DNA from: Octopus vulgaris
Taxonomy: Eukaryota
DNA length: 64,000 bases
NCBI GenBank assembly: GCA_951406725.2
Contig: OX597841.1
Span: forward strand, 18,848,001-18,912,000
Direction: 5' to 3'
A program made the translations under genes and the position numbers. This document shows, in pieces, positions 18,551-32,119 of this stretch; the stretch's first letter is position 1, and each line of letters opens with the position of its first letter. Under the pieces are notes generated by a model. That model worked only from the letters and a program-made list of their open reading frames with translations. It ran no database searches and was not told the origin of the DNA.

Positions 18551-18830
18551 TGTCTGTCTGTCTGTCTACTCCGATTTAGATTCCTAACTACTACCACATT
18601 TTGTGGTGCAGTTTAACCAAAAGCGGGTATCTTATAGTCGTCATTCATATCGAGCCCTTCTGGTTATTAGCGCGCGTCTACGATGAGTCTACGATTAAAA
18701 AAATAATTTACCATCATTTTTCCGCATTTTTAATGATTTTTGCTCTGTTATATAAGGGAAGTAACTCTCTAAAAATCCTTATATAGTTATTTCCCTTACA
18801 AACCCGAGCAACGCCGGGCGATAGTGCTAG
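18197..18830 (+). mobile_element. Two head-to-tail non-autonomous Helitron-like elements (18197-18490, 18491-18830)
   Basis: 5' TC start after A, 3' hairpin CCCGAGCAACGCCGGG then CTAG followed by T; no target duplication. Confidence 0.8.
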
Positions 18831-19121
18831 TTTACACATGAAATACTTAAAATCTGGTGCAGTAGAACAAAAGTTAAGAGAAAAAACTTATACACCAAAC
18901 TGGTTGACTTACGGGTAGTAACACCCAACAGGGGCACTTTGAATCCATGCCATTTTAAAAATTTTGTTTACAAACTATTATATTGATATTAATATGAAAG
19001 AGAAATGTTAAAGGAATATATTGGTAAAGGATTCGTAAAATTTTATTCATTAGAAACAAAGATATTTAATTTTAATTCTCAAATTTTTGTTAAGTTTTGT
19101 GATATTAAAGGGACACTACTC

Positions 19122-20998
<1,877 letters not shown>

Positions 20999-21118
20999 CA
21001 CTGCTCATCTATGAACTAAACTATTTCTTAGGCGCAGACACAACAGATAAAAGACAACCCAAATCGATACAAAGAGTTCTAATATTTATTTTCATTAGTC
21101 TAAATTATTTTTTTTTAT

Positions 21119-21633
21119 GTGGCCGTTTCCAGCCTCGCCTGGCCCCCGGCCCGGTGGCACGTAAAAAGCACCATCCGATCGTGGCCGTCTGCCAGCCTCG
21201 CCTGGCCCCCGTGCCGGTGGCACGTAAAAAGCACCATCCGATCGTGGCCGTCTGCCAGCCTCGCCTGGCCCCCGTGCCGGTGGCACGTAAAAAGCACCAT
21301 CCGATCGTGGCCGTTTGCCAGCCTCGCCTGGCCCCCGTGCTGGTGGCACGTAAAAAGCACCATCCGTCCGTGGCCGTCTGCCAGCCCCGTCTGGCACCTG
21401 TGCGGGTGGCACGTAAAAAGCACCATCCGTCCGTGGCCGTCTGCCAGCCCCGTCTGGCACCTGTGCGGGTGGCACGTAAGAAGCATCCACTACACTCTCG
21501 GAGTTGTTGGCGTTAGGAAGGGCATCCAGCCGTAGAAACACTGCCAGATCAGACTGGGCCTGGTGCAGCCTTCTGGCTTCACAGACCCCAGTTGAACCGT
21601 CCAACCCATGCTAGCATGGAAAGCGGACGCTAA

Positions 21634-21663
<30 letters not shown>
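21119..21663 (+). mobile_element. SINE-like element with six ~63-bp tandem units and a (TGA)n tail (related 63622-63955+, 46560-46660-)
   Basis: Units start at 21119, 21181, 21244, 21307, 21370, 21433; GGCGTTAGGAAGGGCATCCAGC body. Confidence 0.8.
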
Positions 21664-21665
<2 letters not shown>

Positions 21666-21865
21666 AAAATGAAAATTTTTTGCTTAATTTTTTTTTATAG
21701 TATGGCTTTTAAAAATCCATTTTTGGAATAAATTATTTTAATAACAAGATTATTAAATATTTTCTTTGTCGTTATTATCAGAACTGAATAATGTCATTCA
21801 GAAAAGACAAATGATAAAAATTCAAATATTTTAACAGATCCCATCGCTGCCAGCTTAACTTTTAT

Positions 21866-22036
21866 AGGCGTAGGAGTGGCTGTGTGGTAAGTAGCTTGTT
21901 TACCAACCACATGATTCCGGGTTCAGTCCCACTGCGTGGCACCTTGAGCAAGTGTCTTCTACTATAGCCTCGGGCCGACCAATGCCTTGTGAGTGGATTT
22001 GGTAGACGGAAACTGAAAGAAGCCCGTCGTATATAT

Positions 22037-22095
<59 letters not shown>

Positions 22096-22300
22096 TGTGT
22101 GTGTCTGTGTTTGTCCCCCTAGCATTGCTTGACAACCGATGCTGGTGTGTTTATGTCCCCATAACTTAGCGGTTCGGCAAAAGAGACCGATAGAATAAGT
22201 ACTGGGCTTACAAAAGAATAAGTCCCGGGTTCGATTTGCTCGATTAAAGGGGGTGCTCCAGCATGGCCGCAGTCAAATGACTGAAACAGGTAAAAGAGAC
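21866..22300 (+). mobile_element. tRNA-derived SINE family A (~18 copies or fragments, e.g. 2480-2877-, 17560-17945-, 22507-22900+, 23107-23520+, 30652-31110+, 35700-35925-, 39085-39491-, 59820-59985-, 62222-62600+)
   Basis: A-box TGGCTGTGTGG, B-box GGTTCAGTCCC, conserved body, internal (TA)/(TG) tract, 3' GCATGGCCGCAGTCAAATGACTGAAAC. Confidence 0.9.
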
Positions 22301-23399
22301 AATTTTCACTATTTCAAAATTTCCAAACATGGAGTTTATTATTTCCATGCTAGAAATGACTTCATTTATAATTGTTTCCTAATTTTATAGTAAATAGAAT
22401 ATGATTATTTGTGGCTTTGTCTCTATGAGTAGTGCTGAAGTCTGAGGAAGGCTGTTGAGAAAAGGCAAATGCTACTTGTAATTATATTCTGTTCATTTTA
22501 AAAACAAGCAGGAGTGGCTGTGTGGTAGGTAGCTTGCTAACCAGCCACATGGTTCCGGGTTCAGTCCCACTGTGTGGCATCTTGGGCAAGTGTCTTCTGC
22601 TATAGCCTCGGTCCGACCAATGCCTTGTGAGTGGATTTGGTAGACGGAAACTGAAAGAAGCCTGTCGTATATATGCATATATATATATATGTATGTGTTT
22701 GTGTTTGTGTGTGTTTGTGTGTCTGTGTTTGTCCCCTAGCATTGCTTGACAACCGATCTGGTGTGTTTAGAATAAGTCGGCAAGAGACCGATAGAAAAGT
22801 ACTGGGCTTACAAAAGAATAAGTCCCGGGTTCGATTTGCTCGATTAAAGGGGGTGCTCCAGCATGGCCGCAGTCAAATGACTGAAACAGGTAAAAGAGAC
22901 AATTTTCACTATTTCAAAATTTCCAAACATGGAGTTTATTATTTCCATGCTAGAAATGACTTCATTTATAATTGTTTCCTAATTTTATAGTAAATAGAAT
23001 ATGATTATTTGTGGCTTTGTCTCTATGAGCAGTGCTGAAGTCTGAGGAAGGCTGTTGAGAAAAGGCAAATGCTACTTGTAATTATATTCTGTTCATTTTA
23101 AAAACAAGCAGGAGTGGCTGTGTGGTAGGTAGCTTGCTAACCAGCCACATGGTTCCGGGTTCAGTCCCACTGTGTGGCATCTTGGGCAAGTGTCTTCTGC
23201 TATAGCCTCGGTCCGACCAATACCTTGTGAGTGGATTTGGTAGACGGAAACTGAAAGAAGCCTGTCGTATATATGCATATATATATATATGTATGTGTTT
23301 GTGTTTGTGTGTGTTTGTGTGTCTGTGTTTGTCCCCCTAGCATTGCTTGACAACCGATGCAGGTGTGTTTACGTCCCCGTCACTTAGCGGTTCGGCAAA
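22200..23399. repeat. 600-bp direct tandem duplication
   Basis: Sequence at 22201-22740 is nearly identical to 22801-23340. Confidence 0.93.
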
Positions 23400-23777
23400 A
23401 GATTCCGATAGAAAAAGTACTGGGCTTACAAAAAGAATAAGTCCCGGGGTCGATTTGCTCGACTAAATGCGGTGCTCCAGCATGGCCGCAGTGAAATGAC
23501 TGAAGCAAGTAAAAGAGTATAAAAAGTATTAAAAAAATATTATTACTTCTAATTATATTTAACGTGTGGGTGTCTTATCAGGTATCTCGATTACTTACTA
23601 AACCTGAGTTAACTAACCTAGAAATAGAACTGAAAGCTCCCTCTCTCCCCGCTGCTCTGGGACTGACACGGATCGGTTTCATCTTGTCTTTGATTTATAT
23701 TACGAAGAAAACTTTACGGTCTGTCTACGATTCTTATATCTTCTGTATTCCTGTAGCATGATAACAGCACTACGTAC

Positions 23778-23836
<59 letters not shown>

Positions 23837-24189
23837 TGAGTGTATGCGTGTATGTGTGTGTAGCTATGTGTGTATGTATGTGTTCGTGTGTGCCTATGTA
23901 TGGGTGGCTGTATATAGAGACACACTTGCACACACACACACGCACACACACACACCCCATCACATATGTATATATAGGCAGAGGCATGGCTGTATGGTAA
24001 GTGGCTTGTTTCCTTATCATATGGCTCCGGGTTCAATCCCACTGTGTGGCACCTTAGGAAATTGTCTTCTATGAAAGCCTTAGACTTGGATTTGGTAGAC
24101 AGAAACTGAAAGAAGCCCGTTGTATATATATATATATATATATATCGTGATGCATATTTGATGCATATATATATATATATATATATATA

Positions 24190-24236
<47 letters not shown>

Positions 24237-24715
24237 TGATGCATATTTGCCATTTGAATATGGCTAACCCTTAAGAGTGGATGCTACTGTAGTTTGTAGC
24301 CCCAGGAAGATATCTCCTCCAGCTGGCTATAGACACACTATCTGTGTCCTCTCAGTATTTGTGAAGGGGAGTCTCTGAGATTTATCATTATATATATATA
24401 TATACACACACAATGGGCTTCTTTCAGTTTCTATCTACCAAATCCAAGTCTAAGGCTTTCATAGAAGACAATTTCCTAAGGTGTATGCATCACCATACAT
24501 ACGACTTGCACTCTGTCACCCCCCTATTCTTAGTACTTTCCGCTTCCAACCATTCTTGAACTCTTGAACTTTTTAGAATTTTATCCATCCAACCAATTTT
24601 GACGTCACTGCTAGTAACGGAATATTTTTAAGAAACACTCATTATCACTATGGACGCCGTGTGGGCAGTCATCTAAAAGTTTTTGTTCGTCATGATGCTG
24701 ACATAAGTTCCTTGT

Positions 24716-24798
24716 TTTTCCTGATGAGAAGACGACATAATGCACCCTTTATTCCTTCGGAATAAAGAATATGCAGTCTTCGAAAGATGTGTCGAGAA
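24716..24798 (+). ncRNA. Type I hammerhead motif with extended stem II
   Basis: TTTTC-CTGATGA-GAAGAC..GTCTTC-GAAA-GATGT-GTC-GAGAA. Confidence 0.7.
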
Positions 24799-24999
24799 TA
24801 AAGGAATTTTGTTAAATCGTCGTTCGACTCCATTCTTTCATTTATCTATAATAAAAAAAACACACAAACTTCCACATGAAAGCGCGTGATTTCTGCCCTT
24901 GGCATGTAGCTTCAACCGTGCTTTCTGACGTAAATTTGCTACCCGGGTATCGGTTAACCGAATTATCCATACTAGGATAATTCATTCAACTACTTAAAC

Positions 25000-25082
<83 letters not shown>

Positions 25083-25359
25083 TATATGTATATATATGTA
25101 TTCTTTTAATCTTTTATTTTTTTACTTTTCAGTCATCTGACTGTGGCCATGCTGGAGCACCACCCTAAAGGGTTTAGTCGAAGAAATGGACTCCAGGACT
25201 TATTCTTTGTAAGCCTAGTACTTATAATTTTGGTGTGTTTTGCCGAGCTGCTAAGCTACAGGGACGTAAACACACCAACATCGGTTGTCAAGTGATAGTA
25301 GGAGGACAAATATATATGGGGGGGGTATAAACACACACACACACATTTGAATATGAACT

Positions 25360-26075
25360 TTTTTCTGTAGTTTCAGCTCAGAGCTGTGGCCATGCTGATG
25401 CACCGCCGTTTTGTGCTACACTGTTATTACGACGAACCTCGTCTAATATGTGGCACTTGGTGAAGAATGGAGTTTGATATAGCTACTCTCATTTGCACCT
25501 CTTGCCGTGAGGTAGGTTCATCTGGGACTCTTGACAGGAAGATGTCCAGCTTTGATTTAAAAACCGCTACATCTACTTTGTGCAAGTTCCTCAGACTCTT
25601 TGAGAGAATATTAAAAAGTTGTGGGCCTTTAAAACCCAGGCTGTTGCATAAGTTGGTCCTGAAGCGTGATGGCATTGCTGGGATCTTTGGCACTATGCAG
25701 TGTCGTCCCGTTCTAGCATTGGTGTAGCTTACAAGACCAAAATTTGGCACAATTCCTTCCAGGATCTTCCAAATGTATATTACTGCATACCTCTCCCGTC
25801 TTCTCTCCAGGGAGTAGAGTCTTAGCTGTTCCAACCTTTCCCAGTAGCTGAGCTGCTGCAAAGAGATGATCTTCTTCGTGAATCTTCTCTGGATTGCTTC
25901 AAGGTCCGCTGTTAATTTCACACTGGTGGGTGACCATAGCAGTGAGCAGTAATCCAGGCGGCTGAGGACGAATGTCCTCCAGAGGACCATCATGGTTTCC
26001 TTATCTCTGGTTCTGAATGTTCTCGGGATCCATTCGGCCAGTCGTCTGCACTCTGTCGCCAACCTGGTAATGTGC
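25360..26075 (-). mobile_element. CR1/L2-group LINE 3' fragment
   Basis: LDYCS.LWSP, LEAIQRRFTK, LSYWERL..L.LYSLERRR motifs. Confidence 0.88.
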
Positions 26076-26143
26076 GCTACATACATCTTCAATCTCATGC
26101 GGACGTCTCGTGTATAGTTCTGCAAATTATATTTTGCTATGAC

Positions 26144-26213
26144 GATCACACTGAAGAGTTGCGGACATCTGTGTGATGACGTAAGGTATAACAACGAAAC
26201 CGGGTTAGTGATT
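26144..26213 (+). ncRNA. Type I hammerhead-like motif
   Basis: GATCACA-CTGAAGA-GTTG..CAAC-GAAA-CCGGG-TT-AGTGATT. Confidence 0.6.
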
Positions 26214-26596
26214 AATCTGTATATTTTGTATCTTTTCATTTGTGTTGCTCGCTTACGTTCTGGCATTTGCTAAATTTTCATGAGAATATTTCTTTTTTAG
26301 TGGTAAGACCATAGCGGATCTGCTTCTAGCATATGGATGTCCACCTAGTGGTCATCTCTCTTATATGTATGTAATTTTTCTGAACCTTCAGATTTTTCTA
26401 TATGCGAGACCACTGCTTTTAAATTGATATCAATCAAACTAATATTCAATTTTTCACCCTTATTATTTCATATATATATATATTGCATTACTATTTTCAT
26501 TGAAACTTCTTCACTGTTCTCGTCCTGTTAACGTTTTGGCGTTCAGACGAGTGTACTGGCATAGATGTGGCAACATTTGAAATTTTGTCTAGGTAT

Positions 26597-26667
26597 ATGC
26601 AGTTGATGAAGACAATTCAAATCTACGTTGGCAAACGTATTTGAAGAGTCTGAAACCGGTCCTGCAT
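26597..26667 (+). ncRNA. Type I hammerhead motif (C3U core)
   Basis: ATGCAG-TTGATGA-AGAC[long hairpin]GTCT-GAAA-CCGG-TC-CTGCAT. Confidence 0.75.
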
Positions 26668-26860
26668 TATCCGTTTCTGGGTTTTTCATTTTTCAGATGT
26701 TCTTCCTAGAGGTAAGTCAAATTTTTTTCATGTTTGTTGCACACACACGTCTTTGCTAGTATATACGCAGTGAAGCTATACAATAGCGTCGTATTTATTA
26801 CGTTCGCTATTTTCCAGTAAATATCGGTACTTCGTTGTACCATTTATTTACTTTTATATG

Positions 26861-26892
<32 letters not shown>

Positions 26893-26935
26893 TATATAGA
26901 TAGATAGATAGATAGATAGATACATACACACACAC

Positions 26936-27036
<101 letters not shown>

Positions 27037-27099
27037 GGGAGTATAACTCCAAACTTACAGGGAAAAATTCAATGTAGTATTAAATCAAATTTCACAATA

Positions 27100-27612
27100 T
27101 CTATATATATAAAACTGTAGTTGTGCGAGTGTCTGTCCCCTTCGATTTAGATTCCTAACTCCTCCCACATTTTGCGGTGCAGTTTAACCAAATTCGGGTA
27201 TCTTATAGTCGTGATTAATATCGAACCCGTCAGGCTATTAGCGCGCGTCTACGATGAGTCCACGATTTTAAAAATAATTTAACATCATTTTTTATTCCAT
27301 TTTAATGCATAATTTTTCGTGTGTCGATGGCGGCGGTGTTGGCGTCCATGGTCACACCTGCACCTGTGTTGCTTCTCCCCCTTCTTCCTCCCTCGTGAAG
27401 CTGTGGGGAAGGGAGTGTAAGGAAATCAACGTCGTAAAGCGTTGTCAAGGAGACCAGCGTTCTTTTAGAACAACGACTTCATGGCTTGAAGACACCAAAA
27501 CAGAAATGGCTAAGAAAGCCCGAATTGGCATCTATAAGGGAAGTAACTCCCTAAAAATGCTTATATAGTTATTTCCCTTACAAACCCGAGCAACGCCGGG
27601 CGATACTGCTAG
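27100..27612 (+). mobile_element. Helitron-like element, same family, with extra internal sequence
   Basis: A|TCTATATAT...CCCGAGCAACGCCGGG..CTAG|T. Confidence 0.8.
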
Positions 27613-28080
27613 TAAATATATAAAATATAAATTAGAGAAAACCCATTATTATGCAATTCAAACAATGATAGACATAAACCATGAAATGTACGTAGTTTTT
27701 TTTACTTATTATATATTGTTTATTCATTTTTGTACGTTTTGGGATCTAGTTGTATGTTTAAAAATATATTTTATTCTTTATTTATGATTTGGTTTATGTT
27801 TATCATTGTTTGAATTGCATAATAGTGTTTTTTCTCTAATTTATATATATATATATATATATATACATATATACAATGGGCTTCTTTCCGTTTCCGTCTA
27901 CCAAATCCAGTCATGAAGCTTTGGTCGGCATGAAGCTACAGTAGAAGACATCTACCCAATGTGCCACGCAGTGGGACTGAACCCGGAACTATGTGATCGC
28001 TAGGCAAGCTTCTTACCACACTCCTGCATCTATGTATGTATATGCATATATGTATGTGTGTGTGTGCATATAAACACGCG

Positions 28081-28136
<56 letters not shown>

Positions 28137-28144
28137 CATATATC

Positions 28145-28405
28145 GTGTGTGGCACTCCGTCGGTTATGACGACGAGGGTTCCAGTTGATCTGACCAACAG
28201 AACAGCCTGCTCATGAAGTTAACGTGCAAGTGGCTGAATACTCCACAGACATGTGTACCCTTAACATAGTTCCCTGGTAGATTCAGCGTGACACAGAGTG
28301 TGACAAGGCTGGTCCCTTTGAAATATGGGTACAACTCACTTTTGCCAGCTGAGTGAACTGGGGCAATAAAGTGAAATAAAGTGTCTTGCTCAAGGACACA
28401 ATACG
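28145..28405 (-). mobile_element. SINE family D fragment (also 29300-29595-; related 59560-59745+)
   Basis: Shared TGTCCTTGAGCAAGACACTTTATTTCAC core and body between copies. Confidence 0.7.
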
Positions 28406-28610
28406 GTTACAACAGAAACAGGAAGAAAGAGTGTGAGAAAGTTGGAGCGAAAGATTGCAGCAAGGTTCGCCCCCCACCCTGCCAGAGCTCTGTGGAACTT
28501 TAGGTGTTTTCGCACAATAAACGCTCAGAACGCCTGGTCTGAGAATCGAAACTGCGATCCTACAACCGCGAGTCTGCTATCCTAACCACTGGGCCTCCAC
28601 ATACATATAT

Positions 28611-29117
28611 CATCATCATCATTGTTCGACCGTGGTCGAGACAATGGAATTTACCATGCTACGCCAGACTTCACGGTCCATCATGGCATTACGGAGGTCC
28701 TGTTGCTGGATGCCTGTATCCCTGGAGATTACATCAGGGTAGGAGAGTGTGCGCCCTCTGGTATTGCGAGTAGATGGCTTCCAGAGGAGAAGAGTAGAAA
28801 TTGCCTCCTTTTTCAGCTCTACAACAATGTCCAGCAAACTGGACTCTCCTACCTTTCACAAGAGATGACACAGGTGGTAGTTTCCCATATATTTGCATTT
28901 TGGTTGGATGACGCTTCCACGAGAGATTTTGAGCTCTCATAAGTAGGCAAGTGTAGGTTCCATCCAACCACCTCTCAGGCTTCTTTGATAACGTCCAGGT
29001 TTCTGAGCCATAGAGTAGAATTGGTTCGACTGCGGCTTTGAAGATTTCAAGTCTGAAGTCTCTACTTAGATTTGATGACCAGATCTTATGCATGTCATTA
29101 CAGGCTGACCAGGCCAC
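28611..29117 (-). mobile_element. RTE-clade LINE 3' fragment
   Basis: [10 protein letters not shown] motif and (TGA)n tail. Confidence 0.88.
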
Positions 29118-29182
29118 TTATATGTGTGTTTATATATGTATCCAAAATGGATACATATATAAACACATATAAGTGTACGTGT

Positions 29183-29249
<67 letters not shown>

Positions 29250-29884
29250 TGTGTACGTGTGTGTGTGTGTGTCTAGAGAGACACCCATATAACTTGACTG
29301 CCTCGCCATCGGTTGTGCTGACGAGTGTTCCAGTCGATCCGATCAATGGAACAGCCTGCTCGGGAAATTGACGTGCAAGTGGTTGAGTACTCCGCAGACA
29401 CATGTACCCTTAACGTAGTTACAAAAGGGATTCAGCATGACACAGAATACGACAAAGCTGGCCTCCTTTGAAATACGGGTACAACTCATTTCTGCCAGCT
29501 GAGTGGACAGGAGCAATAAAGTGAAATAAAGTGTCTTGCTCAAGGAGACAATGTGAAGCCAGGAATTGAACTCATGACATCACGATCGTCACCATACATA
29601 TAACACAACAATAGAGACACACTGTTACTTATACACACACACGCGCCCGCACGCACGCATATACATACACAGAATCGTACATACATGCACACACTAGATA
29701 CACACACACACATATTCACACACACACACACTCAACACACACACACACACATGCATAAACATACGTGTACACACACACACACACTATTTCATATAAACAC
29801 ACGTACTCATGCACATACACACAGACACAACCCTACACACATTAGCACATACACATTCATCCAAACACATACCCACACATGTAC

Positions 29885-30362
29885 ACACACTATCACATAC
29901 ACACACTATCACATACACACACTATCACATACACACACTATCACATACACACACTATCACATACACACACTATCACACACACTCTATCACATACACACAC
30001 TATCACATACACACACTATCACATACACACACTATCACATACACACACTATCACATACACACACTATCACATACACACACTATCACATACACACACTATC
30101 ACACACATACACTATCACACACACACTATCACATACACACACTATCACATACACACACTATCACATACACACACTATCACATACACACACTATCACATAC
30201 ACACACTATCACATACACACACTATCACATACACACACTATCACATACACACACTATCACATACACACACTATCACACACATACACTATCACATACACAC
30301 ACTATCACATACACACACTATCACATACACACACTATCACATACACACACTATCACATACAC
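29885..30362. repeat. 16-bp minisatellite (TATCACATACACACAC)n
   Basis: Direct inspection, about 29 units. Confidence 0.95.
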
Positions 30363-30610
30363 ATGCACACGCACACACACGCACATACCACTCAGCGCAC
30401 ACCATTCCAAATTGCAGATTTTGGCAGAATTCCTTGTGCCATATTCCCAGCTCCAGATCAAAGACATGACTGACGGTTGCCACAGTAACAGGGGGGATGG
30501 GGGGATGTGGGGGGAGTGGCAGTGCATGAGGCGGGGGAGGAGGAGGAGGAGGGCGGCAGGGCAGAGCACTTTCCGAGCACCAAGCCTCGTCAAGCAACTC
30601 CGACTCCAAT

Positions 30611-30648
<38 letters not shown>

Positions 30649-30813
30649 ATTGGCGCAGGAGTGGCTGTGTGGTAAGAAGCTTGCTTCCCAACCACATAGA
30701 TCTGGGTTCAGTCCTACTGCATGGCACCTTGGGCAAGTGTCCTCTACTATACCCTCAGGCCGACCAAAGCCTTGTGAGTGGATTTGGTAGATGGAAACTG
30801 AAAGAAGCCCGTC

Positions 30814-30900
<87 letters not shown>

Positions 30901-31162
30901 CTTCTTGGTGTTTTTGTTTGTCAACCCACCCCCACCATCGCTTAACAATCGATGTTGTTGTGTTTATGTCCCTGAAACTTAGTGGTTCAGCAAAAGAAAC
31001 ATAGAATAGGTACAAGGCTAATAAATTATATGTCCTGGGGTCAATTTGGTCGACTAAAGGCAGTGCTCCAGCAGGGTCACAGTCAAATGACGGAAAGGTG
31101 TAAAAGAGTAACGAGTGTATATAATATATATGAATTTGTGTGTGTATGTGTGTGTGTATATA

Positions 31163-31241
<79 letters not shown>

Positions 31242-31243
31242 GC

Positions 31244-31325
<82 letters not shown>

Positions 31326-31326
31326 G

Positions 31327-31624
31327 TGGAGGCGCAATGGCCCAGTGGTTAGGGCAGCGGACTCGCGGTTTCGATTCCCAGACCGGGCGTTGTGAGTGTT
31401 TATTGAGCGAAAACACCTAAAGCACCACGATCTCCGGCAGAGGGTGGTGGCGATCCCTGCTGTACTCTTTCGCCACAACTTTCTCTCACTCTTTCTTCTG
31501 TTGGCCTGCTCGCTTAGTCAGCGGGGTGGCGTCATTTGAAGGCTAAACAACAATGCGAATAGCATTGTGACCAGCGATGTGTAGCAACATCTGATAGCTG
31601 GTCGATCACGGTGATCACGGTGAT
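31327..31624 (+). mobile_element. tRNA-derived SINE family C (also 49565-49885-, 28415-28600-, 9727-9873+)
   Basis: TGGCCCAGTGG A-box, GTTTCGATTCC B-box, (GATCACGGT)n tail. Confidence 0.85.
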
Positions 31625-31633
31625 ATATGTATG

Positions 31634-31704
<71 letters not shown>

Positions 31705-31990
31705 AAAATGGTAAATAATTTTCCTGTGGTTTTTCATGTAACCAACAATTATTTAGCGGTAAATTTGTATGTAAATACGACAAATTAATCAGGGCCTTTG
31801 TAAGGTTCAGTATATAGTAAAGAAAATAAGATGGCTAGCAGCAAGCTGTTTCACCTCATACTGAAGGAATTAGAAATGGCAGTCAAAGACCTTTTTTCCA
31901 TTTCTATAAGTGGAGAATCCAAAAACGAAGGCCCTTACGGCTCACATACACAAAACGGAGTGGCAAATATACGAAGTCAGTATACCGTTA

Positions 31991-32055
31991 ATAGCGAACA
32001 TATGTTTCTGGATCGCAAACATAGAAATCAGTTTGAATTCCGTCATCGGCGCTAT
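31991..32055 (-). ncRNA. Hammerhead motif (U4C core)
   Basis: Reverse complement reads ATAGCG-CCGATGA-CGGA..TCCA-GAAA-CATATG-TT-CGCTAT. Confidence 0.68.
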
Positions 32056-32082
32056 ATTATAGCTTTACCAAATATATAGCCC

Positions 32083-32119
<37 letters not shown>

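Noticed and set aside
21119-21490. CRISPR-like periodic array
   Set aside because: No unique spacers; contiguous tandem units inside a eukaryotic repeat; no cas genes.
25427-26266. 279-aa ORF as an intact gene
   Set aside because: 5'-truncated CR1-like LINE C-terminus read through into unrelated flank.
31327-31390. tRNA gene-like A/B boxes
   Set aside because: Heads of SINEs that continue into SINE bodies; no complete cloverleaf.
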